64,000 nt of DNA from Vicugna vicugna (GCA_013265495.1 MU058065.1:2457003-2521002), one strand, 5' to 3'. Positions 38,336 through 51,922 are shown, numbered from the stretch's first letter. Translations and numbers: made by a program. The notes: generated from the sequence alone by a model not told the origin.

Positions 38336-39386
38336 ACTTTTATCACCGTGCTGTACAGAATTTTTTTGTCTTTGTAATATTCACTGTTTTTTTTTTTCCC
38401 ATGCTGAGTAAAACCTATCTTCCAACTTCTCTGAGTTATCTCAATATTGATGAGAAAGTAGTTTGTTTATTTCAAAACCCCAGGGGCCAGATCATAGTGT
38501 TCCCTAGACTGAGTCATAAAAAGAAAGCTAAATGCATTACTTTGTTCCTTAATGAAAACCATGGGCGTGAGAGCTCGCTGAAGTTCGTATGATTCACAAG
38601 ACATAAATGAAAAGGACGGCCTTATGGAACAGTATCAATTCAATTGATCTTAGCTTCTCCTGTTAATTATAAGGCCTCAATTTCATTTGGGTTCAGTATA
38701 TTTCATGAAGGAAGATCAGTTTCTAAGGAGAATCATTTCACCTAAATAGAGGAACAAATAACAGGTACTAATGAGGAACATTTTTTAGCCATGGAAATTA
38801 TACTTTTCATTTGGTAATATTTAAAAACATGCCACACTCTCAGAAGCATGCATTATCTCAGGGTGCTGGTGAGAGTGGTGGTCATGATGGATGGTCACCT
38901 TTATTTTAGAGACTGGGAACCTAAGAAAAAGAGACGTTGGAAAAGTTAAGCAAGTAGTGACGTATCTGGGAAACACAATGATATGTTAGAGCTGTGAGTT
39001 TATCATCAAACTCCCCCAAATCCTACCAAAGCCTTAAAAAAAAACTTCATTTGACACATTGCCATTACCTCATTCTGGTATTCACCAATAATTTCATCCT
39101 GTATTTAGAGATTCCAAGAGTAATTCCAAAAGGCAAAGGGTTTTCATTATTCTAATAAAAAATTCACAGTGAGAAGTAGACTAAGATATTTAGCTCTCTA
39201 CCTTTTTTTTTCTGAACAGATAAGCCTAGAATGCTAAGTAAGAATGTGATTAAAATGTGGTCAAGCCTGAGCTGCTAAGCACGATGATGGTGGCTGCATG
39301 ATTGTCAATTTTCCCGAAAATGTCTAAAAAATTTCATTACCTTGGAGAAGTATTTGTTCATCGTAAAAATTCGGTTTGACTGTCAG

Positions 39387-39406
39387 CCAAGGTCACCCAA
39401 GGTCAC
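39387..39406 (+). promoter_or_regulatory. Tandem CCAAGGTCAC x2, forming a perfect DR4 (AGGTCA-ccca-AGGTCA) and two NR5A-type sites
   Basis: The motif is read directly from the sequence. Function is not shown. Confidence 0.4.
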
Positions 39407-40949
39407 CCATCAGAAGCAGGGAAAGTAAACCATTCGTGGATAAAATAACAGGATCTGACATGGAAACACTAGCAGCCTAGGCCATTCTTGCTTTGTGCTA
39501 AAGCATTCATGCTAGATAAGGAGATTCTCGGGGAATCAAGGATTTTACATTTTTGTCAAGTTACAAATTCCTTCTGCTTAGGTGAAATGACATCTCAGTG
39601 ACCAGAGGTCTGGGTAAATGCCTCAATCATTGTTCGAATTGCTTTAAATGTAGACTAGAGTACAGGAAGGGACGAGACTTCCTTGTTTCACGGAGAGGTG
39701 CTATCCACCACAAGAGCTGTTTGTCAAGTTGCCCTCTTTGGTCTGGGATTTTCAGCCCTGGATCTCATCAGATACCTCTGAATTTTTAACAACAGATGTC
39801 AGAGTCTACTGTATCTGACTTTCTGGGGGCAGAATCTGGTTTCTGTAATTTGGAAAGCTCCAATGGCTAACCAGGAGGACGGCTTGGGATGAGAATGGAG
39901 CTGTGGAGGTTTATGGATGGATGGATGTGATGGAGGCTTCCTACCCTCTCCTTTTTGCCTCCAGCCCTAAAACATCTAAGTCTGTGTGTCTTTACACTTC
40001 AGGTTTCTTTGTGTGAGGGGTTAAAAATCATTAATGGGAAGGGTCCACAGCTTCCCCACTCCCCTTTCCCTGCTTAGATTCTTCCTGCTCCTCTCACCCT
40101 CCTAGGAGAGAAAGGAAATAGCCTGTGAGGGTACATTTGAGAGAGGACAGAGCATTGTGAGAAGGAAAGAAGGACTCACGACACTTGGATGGTGGGGCGG
40201 GATGACCTGGGTAAGACGGTTTTCTATTTTTGGATGCGAGATAGTAGAATGAAAGACCATCAAGATTAGACAGGGCGGAAGTGGAGGTTAGGACGGGGGT
40301 ACCCGAGTTTATATATTAGCTTTTGTAGGATAATTTTTGGACAATATTAAATGTTTCAAAAGGAATGAAAATTCAGATTCTAAAAGGTCATGCTTCTTTA
40401 AATGCGGTCCTTCTGTGGACTGGATTATGGAGGCGTGTGCTTCCTCAGTTAGGAATCCTGAAGCATGTGTGGGCTTCTTAATGAAAGCAGCACGCCAGGG
40501 TCTCCCCATCGTTTCTCTGCATCAGCCACAGTGTGCTGGTATTTCGTCTTTACTCTTGTTCTTCGGCAGTCACTAGATATCACCACATCCGGTTTCAAAG
40601 ATGCAGAAAGAACAGGGTTGGGGGGAAGCCAGGAACATGTAGTTTGCCCAGGTCTTATGAAGAAGCAAGTGTATCCTCGTCCCGCTAGCAGACTTCCCCC
40701 TGTGAGTTATGTGCCAGACTGGATCACAGTGCCATCCTGCTGCTAGATGTGAAGAGGGAAACTGCAAAACTGAATTCTCACTTTTCTGGCATCTACAGGG
40801 GAAAGCAGGAAGGGAGAAAGAGGCTAGAACTGCCTGCTGGGTGAGCCAGCCAACAGTGTGTGTCACGGCATGTCACAAGCCTCCCTCCTGAGTAACAAGA
40901 AGTGACAGAAAATGAGCCCCAGTGAAATAAGTTGGGAAACTACTGTTTT

Positions 40950-41335
40950 AGAACTGTCATTTTCAAGTTTTCAGAATAATTTAAAACCTGTTGAAAGCAG
41001 ATGTCTGGGCCTCAATCCCACAGATTCTGATTCAGTGGGTTTGGGGGAAGACCTGGAGATTTACTGTTTAAATAATCTTCCCAGATGATTCTGATGTAGG
41101 ATGTCAGTGGATCACACAGTCTGAAACAGTGGCTTTGGGAGACGGGCTGAAGTTAGTTCAGTGGGTCTTAAACTGGCTGAATGTTAGAATCACTGGGAGG
41201 CTTTTTAAAAATATCAAAGCAATGCTTGTTCCATGGGCCCTTCGCCCAACTAATTAAATCCGAAAGTCTGGGGTTGAAAGATTAGATGTAAATGTACATC
41301 TCCCAGGGTGATTCCAGTACACAATCAGGGATGTG
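40950..41335. mobile_element. Two MER5-type hAT-Charlie MITEs
   Basis: CAGATTCTGATTCAGTGGGTTTGGGG...CCCAGATGATTCTGATG, and CAGTGGGTCTTAAACTGGCTGAATGTTAGAATCAC. Similar copies lie at ~39700-39850, ~45240-45365 and ~60620-60780. Confidence 0.75.
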
Positions 41336-41851
41336 AATTATTGACTTAGATTAAAGATTCTATTGACTAGCAAGGTTCTTGTATGAATAGAGAAGCCAGA
41401 GGCAGCCGGGGTGGCAGAAATCCATACCCACCTCTCCATGCTGAGTCTTGGAAATCTTTGAGAGGAATGGATAGAGAGGAGAGGGTAAAACAGGCTGGCA
41501 ACCTTAGATGAGGCGAGTAGCAACTGATATGCAAGAAATAAAGAGAAAAATGTAAGCCTCTCAGATAGCTCCGTTTTTTTTTTGTCTTTAAATGCTCATT
41601 TTACATACTAGCTTTAGAAGCAGGCATTTAACTGCTGCTTTTAAGGTATTATGTCATTTGCTGTAATTTGCCCATGAGCACAAACTTACTAATATTTATG
41701 TAGATGCTGTGATTAAATGTTTATTTGTTTTGGGGAAAGGAAATAATGTTAGGAGTAGTCGTCTCTGGAATCCTCTGTAATCCTTATCTGTAGGGATAAA
41801 CTCCCTAGTTGTCCATGATGCTCCTAGTGTAGACGAGAAAAAGCTGCAGAA

Positions 41852-41951
41852 GGGGGGAGGGTATATAGCTCAGGGGTAGAGTCCGTGCTTAGCATGCACG
41901 AGGTCCTGGGTTCAATCCCCAGTACCTCCACTGGAAAAAAAAAAAAAAGAA
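41852..41951 (+). mobile_element. Vic-1-type camelid tRNA SINE (young)
   Basis: GGGGGGAGGGTATATAGCTCAGGGGTAGAGTCCGTGCTTAGCATGCACGAGGTCCTGGGTTCAATCCCCAGTACCTCCA plus an A tail. Perfect 13-bp TSD AGAAAAAGCTGCA at 41836-41848 and 41952-41964. Confidence 0.93.
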
Positions 41952-42647
41952 AGAAAAAGCTGCACAACACTGGTTCCTTGGGATCTGAAGAGGCTCTAGT
42001 CTACAGCTGCAGGTTTACCAGATTAAATATAACAATTTCAAGTTCTTTACAGTAAATCTAGTAGCATTCTATTGTTAGAGCAAGAATTTAACCATATGGA
42101 TATAATTACCTATGTTAGACACCATCCTGGTATTCTGGACTAAGTGGCTTAATTTGTGAGAAACATCTGCTTATATGGGAAAGTTACAAAACATCAAAAT
42201 GTTTAAGGAATGTGGTTAGCTCATGCATGTCAGCAGATCAGCTCTGTGATGCGTGGTGATGTACATTGCCAGGAACAGACACCTGTTGGGGTGTTGCCAG
42301 GTGTGGCTTCCCAATAAAAAAAAAAAAGGAATAGAAAATGACTACACGAGAATAAAGAGGAGATTAAAATTCGATTCTGCAAACATGGATGAGGCATCAG
42401 CTGTGTCAAGGTGGTGTTCACGAAGAGAATATGAAAATCAACGAGACATAAATCCTACCTTCAGAAGGAAAACAGAATGGTGAACAACTAGGAAGCATGA
42501 AGTGTTAGGCTATACCACGAGACATTTGAAAGTCATTCCGTATGAATCACCCTTGTAAATTCAGAGGGGAGGGACTTACATGCCGCCTTGGAATTTGGGG
42601 ACAATTTTAAATGAAGTCATTTTTGATGTAAGAATTGGAACGTTGAA

Positions 42648-43100
42648 TTATGGGTTGAATTGTGTTCCCTCAGATTCATATGTTGAAGTCCTCAGCCTTA
42701 GGGCCTCAACATGTGAACTTACTTGGAAATAAAGTGGTTGCAGATGTAATTAGTTAAAATGAAGTCAAACTAGAGTAGGGTAGGTCTCTACACCACTGTG
42801 ATTGATGTCCTTATAAAAAGGGGAGATTCGGACACAGGCACGCACATGCAGGACGTTATGAAGGCAGGGATCGAGATGATTCACCTTCAAGGCAAGGAGT
42901 GCCAAAGACAGCCAGAAAGCTACTAGAGGCTGGAGAGAGGCATGGACCAGATTTTCCTTCACACCCCTTAGGAGGAACCAAACTTGCCAACACCTTGGTC
43001 TCAGACTTCTAGCCTCCAGAATCGTGAGACAATAGGTTTCTGTTTTTTTAGCCACCCAGTTTGTGTGCCTTTGGTATAGCAGTCCCAGCACACTGATACG
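42648..43100 (+). mobile_element. MaLR solo LTR (MLT1B/C-like)
   Basis: TTATGGGTTGAATTGTGTTCC...ATTCATATGTTGAAGTCCT...GACTTCTAGCCTCCAGAATCGTGAGACAATA...CACTGATAC. Confidence 0.9.
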
Positions 43101-45924
43101 CAGGGATGTTGTTTTGACAGATAAAGGTTAGGAAAACAGTATACGTGGTAGAGGGACAGCATGAACAAAGGCAGAGAGAGAAAGGCATGTTCTGGTAACA
43201 GAGAGACGAGGTAGCTGTGACCTAGGGTCAGTGTCTGTGCTTAGTGGGGTGGGTGGTGGGGAGAAGGTCTAAGGCTGGCCAGAAGGGTATGTTTGGTGGA
43301 GACTGTGAAGAGCTTGGGGTTTCTTGTTAAGGGTTATGGACCTTTTCCTTTGGGTATTGAGGAGCTGTTGAAGGTTTCAGGTGGGTAGGGTAAGCCATCT
43401 AGAGCTATTCATTTTCTTTTCTTTTTCTTTTCCTTTTTCTTTTTTTTTTTTTTTAATGTACACGAAACACTTCTGGAGGAAAATATCTGGGGAAATGCTC
43501 ACATAACCCAGTGTAAAGAAATTGGGTTTCTACCAAATCACTTTAGCCTATAGATGATGTAGCTTTATTCCTCTCAGTTCTGCCTAATTCTACCCAGTCC
43601 ACACGTGCTGTCGGCTTACATCTCACCTGTAGTAAATGTCACTGCTCTGCTTTGCAGGAGGTGTTTTCTACCAGACCCAGTGTCCCTTGATTGTACTGGA
43701 AACTAATTCCATGGACATTTCAGACTCCTGGCTCCCTGAATTTAATTGACAGAGATCCAGAAGAATTGACCACCTTAGGGGTTTAAAAAAAGAGGAATTG
43801 TTTGATGGACCGAAAGCAACATTTTTGTTTGAAGTACACCCCATTCTTCCTCACTTCCCCAATCTAGAAAACGAGAGTGATGATACAGTGGACTCTGTCT
43901 CGTGTGTTGTGAAGATTAAATGTGATGATGCACGTAATGTGCTTAGAGAGCGCTCAGTAAATGTTAGGTCTTTTACTCACAGGACTGGAGAAGCTGTGTT
44001 TCAAATCCGTGTTTTTTGAGTCCAAATTCTGCTATTTTTCAGCCCCTCTGCTCTGTTTTCCTAAGCAGTGCTGATCTGTAACAATAATAGGCTTCATGCT
44101 TCACTCCTGGTGCTTTCTTATCATTACTTTTCTCTCTTGACACATGTTAGCAGTGTCTTTCCATGCAAACACCTCACCCGTGCCAGATGTTGACAAGACT
44201 CAAGGGGTCTTCCTGGCCTCAGGGGGGAGCGTTGAGAGCCGCCAGGGCAGTAAACAAACAGGGAGAGGGCTGCCGGTGTCTCACTCAGCAGCAGCACTGA
44301 TGGATCTGGGCAAGACTGCTCTCCAGAGAGGCTGGGATTCTGGGGTAGAGACAAACTCTCTGAGGAGAGCTTTGCTCTTACGGCATCTCAAGATCTCATT
44401 CTCATGAGCTTTAGTAACGAGTTAGGGCTGGAAAATAAAAACAATGGGGCATCTGGTTAAATGTGAAACTTAACATCTGGCCAGAGGTGTATTCCTGCCA
44501 GAGGCTCTTTGTGTTTGCCTCTGCAAGTGATACTCATAATTAGAGGATCTGTGGGTAGCTACCTTGCAGATTGTTTGTTACTTAAAGAGTTTTATATTCA
44601 TAATGACCAAAGTTCATAAAGAAAGCTGTACCTAGTAGTTCCTTTATTTAAAAGCAAAACACTCTACCATCAATTGATCTGCATCAGTCAGAAGGGGCTA
44701 GTTATACACAGGGGGTAGCAAACATTTCCAAAATATTAGCGGCTGTGACAACATAATTTTACTTTCACTCTTACTTGGCAAAAACTCATCAGATTTGTAG
44801 CTCTTCTCCACCTTAGTAATATCTACTTAATTTTAATGAGTGTCCACAATGTGGCAATCACAAGACTGGTACTTTGCATATAGTATCTACTGTAATTTCA
44901 TATAGCTATGAGCTCAGCATTATTGTCTCCTTTTTGCAGATATGAAATTGAGATGCAAGTTTAATGAGTAAACAGAAGACTGGGTGTTGGATCCAGATTT
45001 TTCTAATGCTAAATGTGTTATTTTTAGCCAATATGTTAGGCTACTCTTTTAAACATAACCCTCAGTTTTAACTTTTAAGTGTAAATTCACTAATGTTATC
45101 TCTCCTGTATTCCTAGGGGAGAGGAAGAGTCGAATGCCATTATTCCACTATATATTTTGGCAAGCCAAGGCATGAGAGATTATGCACTATATCTAGATGG
45201 GCCGATACAGCTAGTGACAGAGTTGAAAATAGAATCTTTGAGCAGTATTTTCACATCAGAATCATGTCGTGGAGCTTGTGGAAATACAGATTCCAAACCT
45301 CCTCCCAGAGGTCCTGGGTGATTCCCACTCTGGTGATTAAAGGGGAACACAGTGGGAATCACTGACCTAGGTCTTCAACTCTCCCAGTACAGTTGGCTCT
45401 AGGCCATATTGTCACTGAAAGTCGAAAAACCCTTGGGAAGGACATGCTTAAAATCTGCAACTTTGCTAAAGCTTTGGCCTAGAAAGATTGCCTGAACTTG
45501 AAGATTGAATTGGAGACTGTCATGGAATTTCTGATTAAACTCCAACTGTAGCATTAGCTATGTAGGAATAAACTATCACTGTCTACAATATATTCAAATC
45601 TAGATTTCTGAGAAGGCAGTTAGCCTAATTAGTTCAATAATGAATAATGTTAACCTTTATATATCATTATAGAGTCCACAGTACCAGCTTACTTCTGTCC
45701 CTCAGTTTTATACGTCATTTGAAATTGAGATGGAAGTGGTATGTGTTCAACTCAAAATAACTGCTCAATTAAGTAAGGTAGGGACTGTAAAAAACATTGA
45801 ACTGGTGATTCAAAGATGAAAATACCTGATGGATTATTTAAATCTTTCCTATTTCCAATATGGCTGCTTCAGCCTTGTGGTAAGACTGCTTAAAAGTAAA
45901 GATTACAATTTGAAAAATAATTGC

Positions 45925-46404
45925 ACCTCACATGCACCTCAATATTCATAGCAGTACTGTAAACAATAGCCAAGACATGGAAACAAACTAAATGTCCATC
46001 CACAGATGAATGGATAAAGAAGATGTGGTATAGATATATAATGGAATACTACTTAGCCATCAAAAAGAATAAAATAATGCCATTTGCAGCAATATCAATG
46101 GACCTAGAGATTATCATATTAAGTGAAGTAGGCAAATATCATGTGATATCATTTATTTGGAATCTAAAAGAAGATACAAATTTTATTTACAAACCAGAAA
46201 TAGACTCCTGCACATAGAAAAAAAAAAAAACTATGGTTACCAAAGGGGAAATGAGGAAGGGATAAATTAGGAGTTTGGGATTAACAGATACACACTACTA
46301 TATATAAAATAGACAAACAACAAGGACCTACTGTATAGCACAGGGAACTATATTCAATTTCTTGTAATAAGCTATAACAAAAAAGAATCTGAAGATACAT
46401 GTGT

Positions 46405-46458
<54 letters not shown>

Positions 46459-46530
46459 CTGAGTTACTTTGCTGTATACCTGAAACTAACATTGTAAATC
46501 AACTACATTTCAATAAAGAATTTTTTTAAG
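45925..46530 (+). mobile_element. 5'-truncated lineage-specific L1 3' end with (TA)n at ~46409-46458
   Basis: CAATAGCCAAGACATGGAAACAA...GGACCTAGAGATTATCATATTAAGTGAAG...TTCAATAAA. Confidence 0.92.
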
Positions 46531-47574
46531 TAAAAGAAATAATGATTACATACTTTGATTTTTTGCTGAACTGTCATTGGATGGTTGCAAATTAGTTTAG
46601 GAAGGTTGATTTGATTATGCGATTTTTACTTCCTAAGTCTGTGTTTCCAAATTGGCTTTCCATCAATTTTTAAAAGCTGGAGCACTTTTAAAACATGTAG
46701 ATTCCCTGGTGAACCCTTGGGTTTAATCTACTAGCTGGGTCATTTTTATGCAAGCAATTTAGTCCTCTTCCATAGCCCACCACCTACCTGTAAACTAATG
46801 ACTCCCAAAGAGGTGACAATATCACCCTTTTAAGCCTTGGAATGTATGGTGTAGGTTAGCCAGATTCTATCTGCTCTTACACTAATTCTCCTTCATCAGA
46901 GCAAAGGTTACAGATTTTTATTTATTTATTTATTTGCTAACCCCAAAACTGGAATTTTGCTTTTCTGGCAATGGTGAACCATTGTGACCCAGCATGCACA
47001 ACCCAGCTGTTCCTCTGAATTTAAAAAAGATAATACATTTCTGTGCACAGTAGACTAAACAGACTAATAAAGGAAATCGTTAGGAAATGAGACTTTCATC
47101 CAGAAGCCACCACTTTCCTTGGTGACTGTAATGAATGGAGTGGAGCTTTAGACAAGTGGATATAACCTGCCCAGCAGTTTAGCTTTGCCCTTTTGTCTAA
47201 GACTTGTTAACAAAATCACTGCTTCCTGCCTTTTTGATATTTTCTCATATTAGGGATGTAAGACATACATAATCCATCATGTGGGAGATCAAAAGCAGTT
47301 TGCACCCACAACTTCGCTAATTCTTTCCCTAATTGAAGAGGAGGCTTTTCAGTCACTGGTTTAATATTTCAGAAGCACAGTAAATCACTTTCTCAGACTT
47401 AGCTTGATTTCCATTCTCTGATTTTCTTTAGAAGTCTACAACAGCAAAATAATTAAATGATTGTGAGAAAACATGTTTTTTTATATTGTCAACCTAAGCA
47501 TTATATATACAATACAAGTAATATGATATATAATAAAATATGAAATGTTAACATAAAATAAAGTATATAAAATA

Positions 47575-48072
47575 ATGAGGTAGAGAGAGAAAGAGGGAGA
47601 GAGATGCAGAACTATAGGAATTGGTTTACATGATTAGGGAGCCTTTGAAGTCCCACCCTCTGCTGTCTGCAAATGGTAGAACCAGGAAAGCTGATGGTGT
47701 AATTCAGAGTCTGAAGGTCTGAGAACCAGGGAAGCCAATAGCTAAGTCACAGAGTCAGAAGGACTAGAGAGTTCGAAGTCTGAGGGCAGAAGATGATGGA
47801 TGTCCCAGCTCATGCTGAGAGAGGGAGAGAGAGAGAGAGAGAGACAAAGAGACAGAGCATACTTGCCATTCCTCTGCTTTTTTGTTCCATTTGGGCCCTC
47901 AGTGGATTGGATGATGTCCACTCGCATTGCTGAAGTTGATCTTTACTCAGTCTACTGATTCAAATGTTAATCTTTTCTGTAACACCCTCGCAGGCACATC
48001 CAGAAATTATATTTTACCAGCTATCTGGGCATCTCTTAGCCTAGTCAAGTTCATGCATATAATTAACCATCA
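47575..48072 (-). mobile_element. ERVL LTR (MLT2-type) with (GA)n
   Basis: GGAATTGGTTTACATGATT...GAAGTCCCAC...CTTTACTCAGTCTACTGATTCAAATG...CTAGTCAAGTT...AATTAACCATCA. Confidence 0.88.
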
Positions 48073-48074
48073 TA

Positions 48075-49560
48075 TATAGTAACTCTTTGTTTAACATTTG
48101 GAGAATTGATAAACTGTTTTCCAAAGTGGCTGTACCATTTTACAATTTCACCTGCACTGACGAGGGTTCCAATTTCTCTACATTTTCACCAACATTTGTT
48201 ATTCTCTGTCTTTGTAAACATAGTCACCCTAGTGGGTGTGAAGTGATATTTCATTGTGGTTTGGATTTGCATTTTACTAATGACTAATGATACTGAGCAT
48301 CTTTTTATGTACATGTTGGCCATTTGTATGTTTTACTTGGAGAAGTGTCTATTCAAGTCCTCTGCTCACTTTTTTTTTTAAATATAAAACTTTGTATTTT
48401 TTTCTCTGCTTATGTTTTAAGACAGTTATTTGTCTTTTCATTGTGAAGTTGTAAGAGTTCTTTATATATTATGGATACCAGACTTTTACCAGACATATAA
48501 TTTGCAAATATTTTCCTCCATTTCTGAGGTTATCTTTTTAACTTGATGGTGCCTTTTGTAGCACTGAGCTTTTAATTTTGATGAAGTCAAATTGATCATT
48601 TATTTTCATGTATGCTTTTGGTGTCACACATAAGAAACCACTGAGTAACCCAAATTCACAAAGATTTACTGCTGTTTTCTTCTAAAAGTTTTAAAGTTTT
48701 AGTTCTCCCATTCAGATCTCTGATTTCAAGTTAACTTTGCTATATTGTATGGTGTAGGCATTCAAATTCATTCTTTTGCATGTGGTTATTCAATTGCCGC
48801 AGTATCATTTGTTGAAAAGGTGCTATTTCCCTATTGAATTGTGTTGGCATTCTTGTTGAAAACTGAATGAACATTACTGTAAAGGTTTATTTCTGGACTC
48901 CCAGTTCTATTCCATTGAGCCATTTCTATTTGTGTGCTAGTCCCACAATGTCTTGATAAGTATAATTTTGTAGTAAGTCTTTTCTTTTTTTGGTAAGTCT
49001 TAAAATCAGAAAATGTGAATCAGTGAACTGTGGGTTTGGTTTTTTTTTTGTTGTTATTGGCTTTTTCCTTTTTTTTTTTTTGCTATTCTATGTTTCTTGC
49101 ATTTCCATATGAATTTTAAGGTCAATTTGTTAATTTCTGTAAAAAGGCAGTTGAGATTTTGATAGGGACTACATTGATTCTTTAGATCATTTTGGGAAGC
49201 AACCATTAAAACAATAGTAAGTCTTCCAATTCATGCATGTGAAATGTCTTCCATTTATTTAGGTCTTCTTTAGTTTCTTTCAATAATATTTTGTTGTTTT
49301 TAGTGTACAGTCTTGTATTTCTTTTGATAAATTTATTCCTAAGTATTTTCTTCTCTTTGATGCAACTCTAGTACTTTTATAGAATGTTTTCTCTTTGTTG
49401 TCATACTGAGGAAGTTTCTCCTTACCCTAAGAGTATATAAATTTTCTCCTATATATTCTTCTAGTAATGTTTGGTTATATTTTTGACATTAACATTTTAA
49501 TCCCTTTGGGATTTATTTTGTTATGAGAAGTGAGGTAGAAAACTCTTTTCTCATTTTACA
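48075..49560 (-). mobile_element. L1M ORF2 fragment
   Basis: CCAAAGTGGCTGTACCATTTTAC...TTTGCAAATATTTT...GGTTTATTTCTGGACTC...TTTATTCCTAAGTATTTT. Confidence 0.85.
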
Positions 49561-50109
49561 TTTTTAGGTCACTTTAAAATAAATGAAGTCACTTTATACT
49601 TTTGAAATGGATGAGAAATATATAATTTATTTTAAACATATAATCAGAATAATTCAGAGATTTAAAATGATTTGCCTATGTTAACACATTTAGCTAATGG
49701 CAGAATCAGGCCTGGGATCTAGAGCATAGTTATCTGCTTAGAATTGTTTACACCCCACAATTTTGCTTCTCAGTTGTTATTAGTTATAGACAGATCCTTT
49801 TTCTGTGGTACTTTTACTGCTCAGTGGAAGTGAATTTGGTCATAAAGTTTATTAAATCATTAATGAATGCAGCTTATTACACTATTGTTGAGAATTGTGG
49901 CTTTTTGAGGTCCATGGTCTGCCACTAACAGGGTGACCTCAGGCAAGTTGTTCCATCTCTAATAACAACGGCAATAATTATTGACATATGTTGGCACTTT
50001 CCATGTGCCAGGTGCCAAATTAAGCTTTTTACATGAACTATCTCATTTAATCTGACAAAAACCCCTATGACTAGATACTATTATTGAAAAACATAGCATA
50101 TATCAAAAT

Positions 50110-50570
50110 AGCCATTTTCTGACTTTTGGGTTTCCGATCCCCCTTTACATTCTTAAAACTTATTGAGGGCCCCCAAAAGCTTTAGTTTATGGTTTATATT
50201 TATCAATATTTACCGAGTTAAAAATGGAAACAAAATAATATTTGTTTACTATTTCCTTTCTAAAAGGAAGAACAATAATAAGCCCATTATTTGTCAACCT
50301 AAATATCATTAAGTGAAAAATAGCTATATTTTCCCAAAGTGTGGCATTCTTTTTCATTTTTTGCAATGTCTTTTCAATGATTACCTTCACAGATGATTGC
50401 AGAAGTCTCATATTTTTTCCTAGATTTATCTGTGGTGATATTACACCTCATGTAGCATCTGGAAAACTGCCAGTATAATAATCAGGAGAGAATGAGAGTA
50501 AGGAGGACAACTAATATCTCAGTATAGTTATTAAAATAATTTTGATCTTGCAGAACCACAGAAAATCTTT
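50110..50570. mobile_element. hAT-Charlie (Charlie1-like) DNA transposon fragment
   Basis: CCCCTTTACATTCTTAAAACTTATTGAGGGCCCCCAAAAGCTTT...TGTAGCATCTGGAAAACT...GAGAGAATGAGAGT. Confidence 0.75.
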
Positions 50571-50604
50571 TGTGTTTCTTTACAGAATTGCTGTAGTATA
50601 ATAA

Positions 50605-51090
50605 CAGTGGATAAGGGAGCTGGAGCTGGGTACTTGGGTTTGAAGCCCAACTTCACTATTGATCTGCTGTGTGATCTCGGGCGTTATTCTGCACTTTTTA
50701 CCGTAGTTCGTTGTCTGCAAAACAGGGGTTATAGTAGTGAGGAGTAAATCAATAAAAATATCCAAAACATATGAAACAATGCCTGGAAACACATAAGCAC
50801 TTTCTATGCAATAGCTGTCATCCTCATCATTATTATTATTACTGTTATTTTTTTTCTTCTCCCTTTCTACACTGAGAAACTTGGATCTTGGTGTGTGAGT
50901 TCCTAGACATCTCTGTCCATTTTTAGCTATGACATATTTTAAACCTTGGAAGCCTTAGATTCCTCACCTGGAAGACAGAATAACAAAAGTAGCTACCCTG
51001 GAGAGTGGTAGTAAGCTTTAAATGAGACAACACATGTCAAATACTCAGCACAGTGATTGCCATTTAAAAAACACTTACTGTATGTTTGTG
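50605..51090 (+). mobile_element. Two MIR SINEs
   Basis: TTGGGTTTGAAGCCCAACTTCAC...CTGTGTGATCTCGGGC, and CCTTAGATTCCTCACCTGGAAG...TTAAATGAGACAA. Confidence 0.75.
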
Positions 51091-51922
51091 ATTAATATTG
51101 TGATATAATTATCACCACTGTTAAATATGACATTTTATATGTGTGTATGTATGTGTTCATGCACTCTCGGAATAGTACCTAGTGGCCTTTGGGGACAAGC
51201 GAATAAACCATTGCATGGCCAAAACAGTCAGGTCTGTCAGCTTGATTGGATTGTTGGGTTAGCTGGGATTCTTTGAGATTGACGGCAAATAATACTTTCA
51301 TTAGTATTCAGAAGCAGGAACCTCTGCATGTTTATCAAATAGCCATCTCCTAAGAACTATAATTATTTAAATCCTAGAGATCTCCATTAACCTCTTCTCA
51401 TTTTGCTTTTTATTAGGAAGCTGTGAATGGTTGCCTATTGACAATCAAATCTGTAAACTCCAACTCTGACATGGCTGAATGGCTGATTGGTCTTTTGAAA
51501 TGACAGTTTCGGGATTAATCAGAAATTAAATCAGCATGTCTCCTCACATATAAAGCTGGAAGTGCTCCATCTAGATGTCCTCCTCTGATAATTAAAATGT
51601 GATGTGTAATCCCATTTGATCGAGTTTGGCTTGTTTGTTTTTGTCACAGATGCTACCTCAGGAAGTTTTTCTTCAGTGCAAATTAATATTACTTGTACAT
51701 TTTAACTTTGATATTATATCCCTTAAACAAAAGTAGGGAAATAAGCCACAATACCTTTGTTTTGTGGGTAAATATAAATCCTCCTTAAACATATTAAGAA
51801 TTATTTGGGTGGCTTCTTTAAAAAGTGCTAGGCTTATGTAGAAACTTCTGTAAACATCTAGAGTTTTAGATTAAAATAAAATAAAAATAAGGAACTTCTT
51901 TTTCTTCTTTAAAGAAAAATGA

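Noticed and set aside
41852..41930. tRNA-Ala-like gene
   Set aside because: The poly(A) tail, TSD and altered 5' end indicate a tRNA-derived SINE.
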